DNA of 64,000 nucleotides from Lytechinus pictus (Eukaryota): NCBI RefSeq assembly GCF_037042905.1, contig NC_087252.1, positions 19,098,001 to 19,162,000 of the forward strand, read 5' to 3'. Shown piece by piece: positions 61,474 to 64,000 of this stretch (position 1 is its first letter; each line of letters starts with the position of its first letter). The notes under the pieces were generated by a model. It saw only the letters and a program-made list of their open reading frames with translations, ran no database searches and was not told where the DNA came from. The position numbers and the translations under genes were made by a program.

Positions 61474-62549
61474 TTAGCATACAAAGTAATCTGGGCTATT
61501 CTTGTTGACTCGAGAATCACATAGACATCGCTTTCCTCGAACGGCGTCAAAACAGGCTGAAATAAAACAAAGAGAAACAGGCCAAAAAATATAACAATTA
61601 CATGTGTATTTTGTGTTACTTTAGCCACATAATATGGCTGTAAGCTTTACAAATAGAATATATCACCCTTAAAAAGTCCAAAGGGGTATAGATGAAATAC
61701 ACAAAGTACGTGATAAAAAAAAATACATAAACTTACTAGCTGCTATCTATGGGTAATTTGATTAAACATAACAATTGAAAAAAATGTTAACTCCACATTT
61801 GATCTATTAATACGTAAAACAGAGTTTAGCCAAATAATCAAGGGATTGTCACTTTTCTGTCTGAAGCCAAAGGATGGCGCTCTTTACATTTGATTGTCGT
61901 GAATTGCCACTTTCATCCCGCTGGATAAATTGCCCATAAATTGATTAGAATTACCAGTCAAGTTTGATGAGAATTTAATTCTGCTCTAATTAGCCCCTTT
62001 ATTTTTCTTTCTGTTTAGTAGTAAATAATACAAATTCCCTTCCTCTCAACTCAGACTCAACGACACACATAGAGAGAGACAGAGAGAGAGGGGGAGGGAG
62101 GGAGGGGGAGAGAGAGTCAATGTAAAAGTGGGCAGATGAGAAAATCCAAGAGCCGCGAAAGTAAGAATGTGAGTCAAGACGCCAGGGAGGTGCGGGGATA
62201 TTTGGGGAAGGATGGACAGAAGGAAAATGAATACGGAGCCGTATCACTTCATATACCCCTATAAATCTATTTGGAAAAAAAAGCTACGGCGTCACCTTCA
62301 ATGTCATCTTGCCCAAGCCCCCGCCCCCTCCCCCTCCCCTCCAAGCATGCTGGCACCCTGATCAGAAACATCTATACCTTGGTAGGTCGGGTGTTTCTTC
62401 TGATAAGGCTTCACTCTCTTCACTTTCATGGTATCTCGTCCGTGGTCTTCGATCAACTCGGTCGATGTCGTCGTCCTGATCAACATCATGACGTAGACGA
62501 TGAAGACGAGGCACAGGACCACTTGACCTTTGTACGTTGAAGAGATCAT
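61474..62549 (-). CDS. Putative secreted prepropeptide, 84 aa, two coding exons (62549-62378 and 61556-61474)
   Basis: Spliced product is MISSTYKGQVVLCLVFIVYVMMLIRTTTSTELIEDHGRDTMKVKR-VKPYQKKHPTYQACFDAVR-GKR-CLCDSRVNKNSPDYFVC*. Donor is CAAG|GTATAG (weak), acceptor is TTTCTCTTTGTTTTATTTCAG (strong). A minus-strand AATAAA lies at 60636-60631. Confidence 0.55.
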
Positions 62550-62929
62550 GCTGAGCAATGATGTATATACGGGGATTAACGTGGATAATCCAACTTTTGC
62601 AGGTCCTGTTTTTGTCTAATCCTGTTTTAAACAAAGTGTACATGACACGCTAGCAATGTGTTTCCTCTAAGAAAATAAATATAAATAGTGTATATTGTTT
62701 TATTCATTTGGAACAATGCAGACAGCTATTCTGGGGTTGGGGGTTTTAGAGTAGATGATTCTATTTCGCTTTGTCTCGTCATTTGGCCAAACTTTCTGTC
62801 CGCTAAAAGTTAGTAAATATACAAGTAGATTCAGGAAATTGATAGTTAAATGAATAGGTCCTATTTTTGAATAATACATAAGTAAATGAATTGATAAATG
62901 TATGAAATAACAAATAACTATGTAAATAT

Positions 62930-63390
62930 ACAATTATTGATGATACATAGATAATTTGGAAAGTCAACAAATAAATGAATGAATAAGAATAAACAAATCA
63001 ATAAAAGAATTAATAGACGAATAAATAACTAAATAAACAAATAAATATATGAATGAATAAATAAATAGATAGAAAAGTGAATAAATAGATAAATAAATAA
63101 GTGAACAAATAAATCAATAAATCGAACGACAAACAAATTGCTAGATGATTTTAACATAAATAAACCAATTGGTAAATCAAAAGAAGGATGGAAATAGATG
63201 GGTGAATGGATGGGTAGATGGTTGAAGGAATGAACAAACACAAAAAATGAATTAATCATTGATAATCAAGGAATAATTGAATAAAGGATATCAAAATTGA
63301 AGAATAAATTACAGACTTTCATTATATACAGATAGATAAATAACGATATGAACCAAGATGAAATAAATTCATGAATAAATGAATAGATTT
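62930..63390. repeat. Degenerate (AAAT/GAAT/AGAT)n microsatellite
   Basis: Low-complexity tetranucleotide runs, which are the source of the spurious FIYLF-type ORF. Confidence 0.85.
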
Positions 63391-63689
63391 ATAACGCACT
63401 AAGCGCTGGAAGGCAGCTCGAGCTAAAGCTGAGGTATGCCTTTTCAAAATAGTGCCCCTCGTAGCAGCTCATTTCTAGACAGATGGTGATATATAATAAT
63501 AATAATGTAGGAGCTATATTTTGTATTTTATCAGCTCTAGTATACGCGGGTTCTTCCAACACAGAACAAGGACAGATGAAGAGGTAGATGTTGCTGGTTT
63601 GAAGGTCTGTGCTCAACTTGTAACCAAAACTGAAATGAACAAACAAAATTGCGATAAACTTGAATAATGTACAAACTAGTTCCCCACAG

Positions 63690-63966
63690 TAATAATAATA
63701 ATAATAATAGCTGGATTTATAAAGCTCTTTTTGCCTGAGGATACAAAGTGCTGCTATTATCACCTCGGCTTTAGCTCAAGCTACCATCACCGGCGCTCAG
63801 TGCATTCAAGGAAATAATCCTGCTGGGTATTCACCTCACCTGGGTCGAGTGCAGCACATTGTGGATAATTTTTCTGCTGAACGAAAACACACCATGGCTA
63901 GGATTCGAACCCACGACCCTCTGTTTGAAAGGTGAGAGTCAGAACCCTTAGACCACGGCGCGCGCC
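63690..63966 (-). mobile_element. tRNA-derived SINE, near full length, with a (TAT)n tail
   Basis: Minus strand GCGCCGTGGTCTAAGGG...GGGTTCGAATCCTAGCC...GCTGCACTCGACCCAGGTG...TATTATTAT. Confidence 0.8.
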
Positions 63967-64000
63967 CATATAAATGTCTATCAGTAGTAGAAGTAGTAGT

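Noticed and set aside
62304..62558. Unspliced 84-aa ORF ending GGEGEGAGAWAR, and the overlapping 93-aa ORF 62362-62643
   Set aside because: The tail runs into G-rich low-complexity, intron-like sequence. The spliced model gives a more coherent precursor, though the unspliced form is not formally excluded.

Overview
This is AT-rich, intron-rich eukaryotic DNA. The SINE and MITE families suggest an invertebrate deuterostome, probably a sea urchin, but that is an inference. Almost all ORFs in the supplied track are spurious, and the real genes were rebuilt by hand from GT-AG splice sites and codon phase. (1) A complete 12-exon, about 712-aa multicopper oxidase (laccase-like) gene lies on the minus strand (32920->10437). 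It has a signal peptide, a Cys-rich N-terminus, all four copper motifs, Leu instead of Met at the T1 axial site and a C-terminal transmembrane anchor. (2) Exon 1, promoter and intron-1 homology of a tandem paralogue start at 7694 and run off the left edge. (3) A divergently transcribed 9-exon, 275-aa DHHC palmitoyltransferase (ZDHHC3/7-like) lies on the plus strand (37291-54540). (4) A probable two-coding-exon gene for an 84-aa secreted, Cys-containing prepropeptide with KR/GKR processing sites lies on the minus strand (62549->61474); the ORF track shows only its unspliced form. Introns and intergenic DNA are packed with non-autonomous DNA transposons with readable TIRs and TSDs (Academ-, Mutator/foldback-, CMC-, Sola-, IS3EU-, Kolobok-, Harbinger- and Helentron-like), L2/CR1 LINE fragments and tRNA-derived SINEs. 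Several of these elements are arrays of canonical transcription-factor sites: RFX X-box, double POU octamer and nuclear-receptor DR1.
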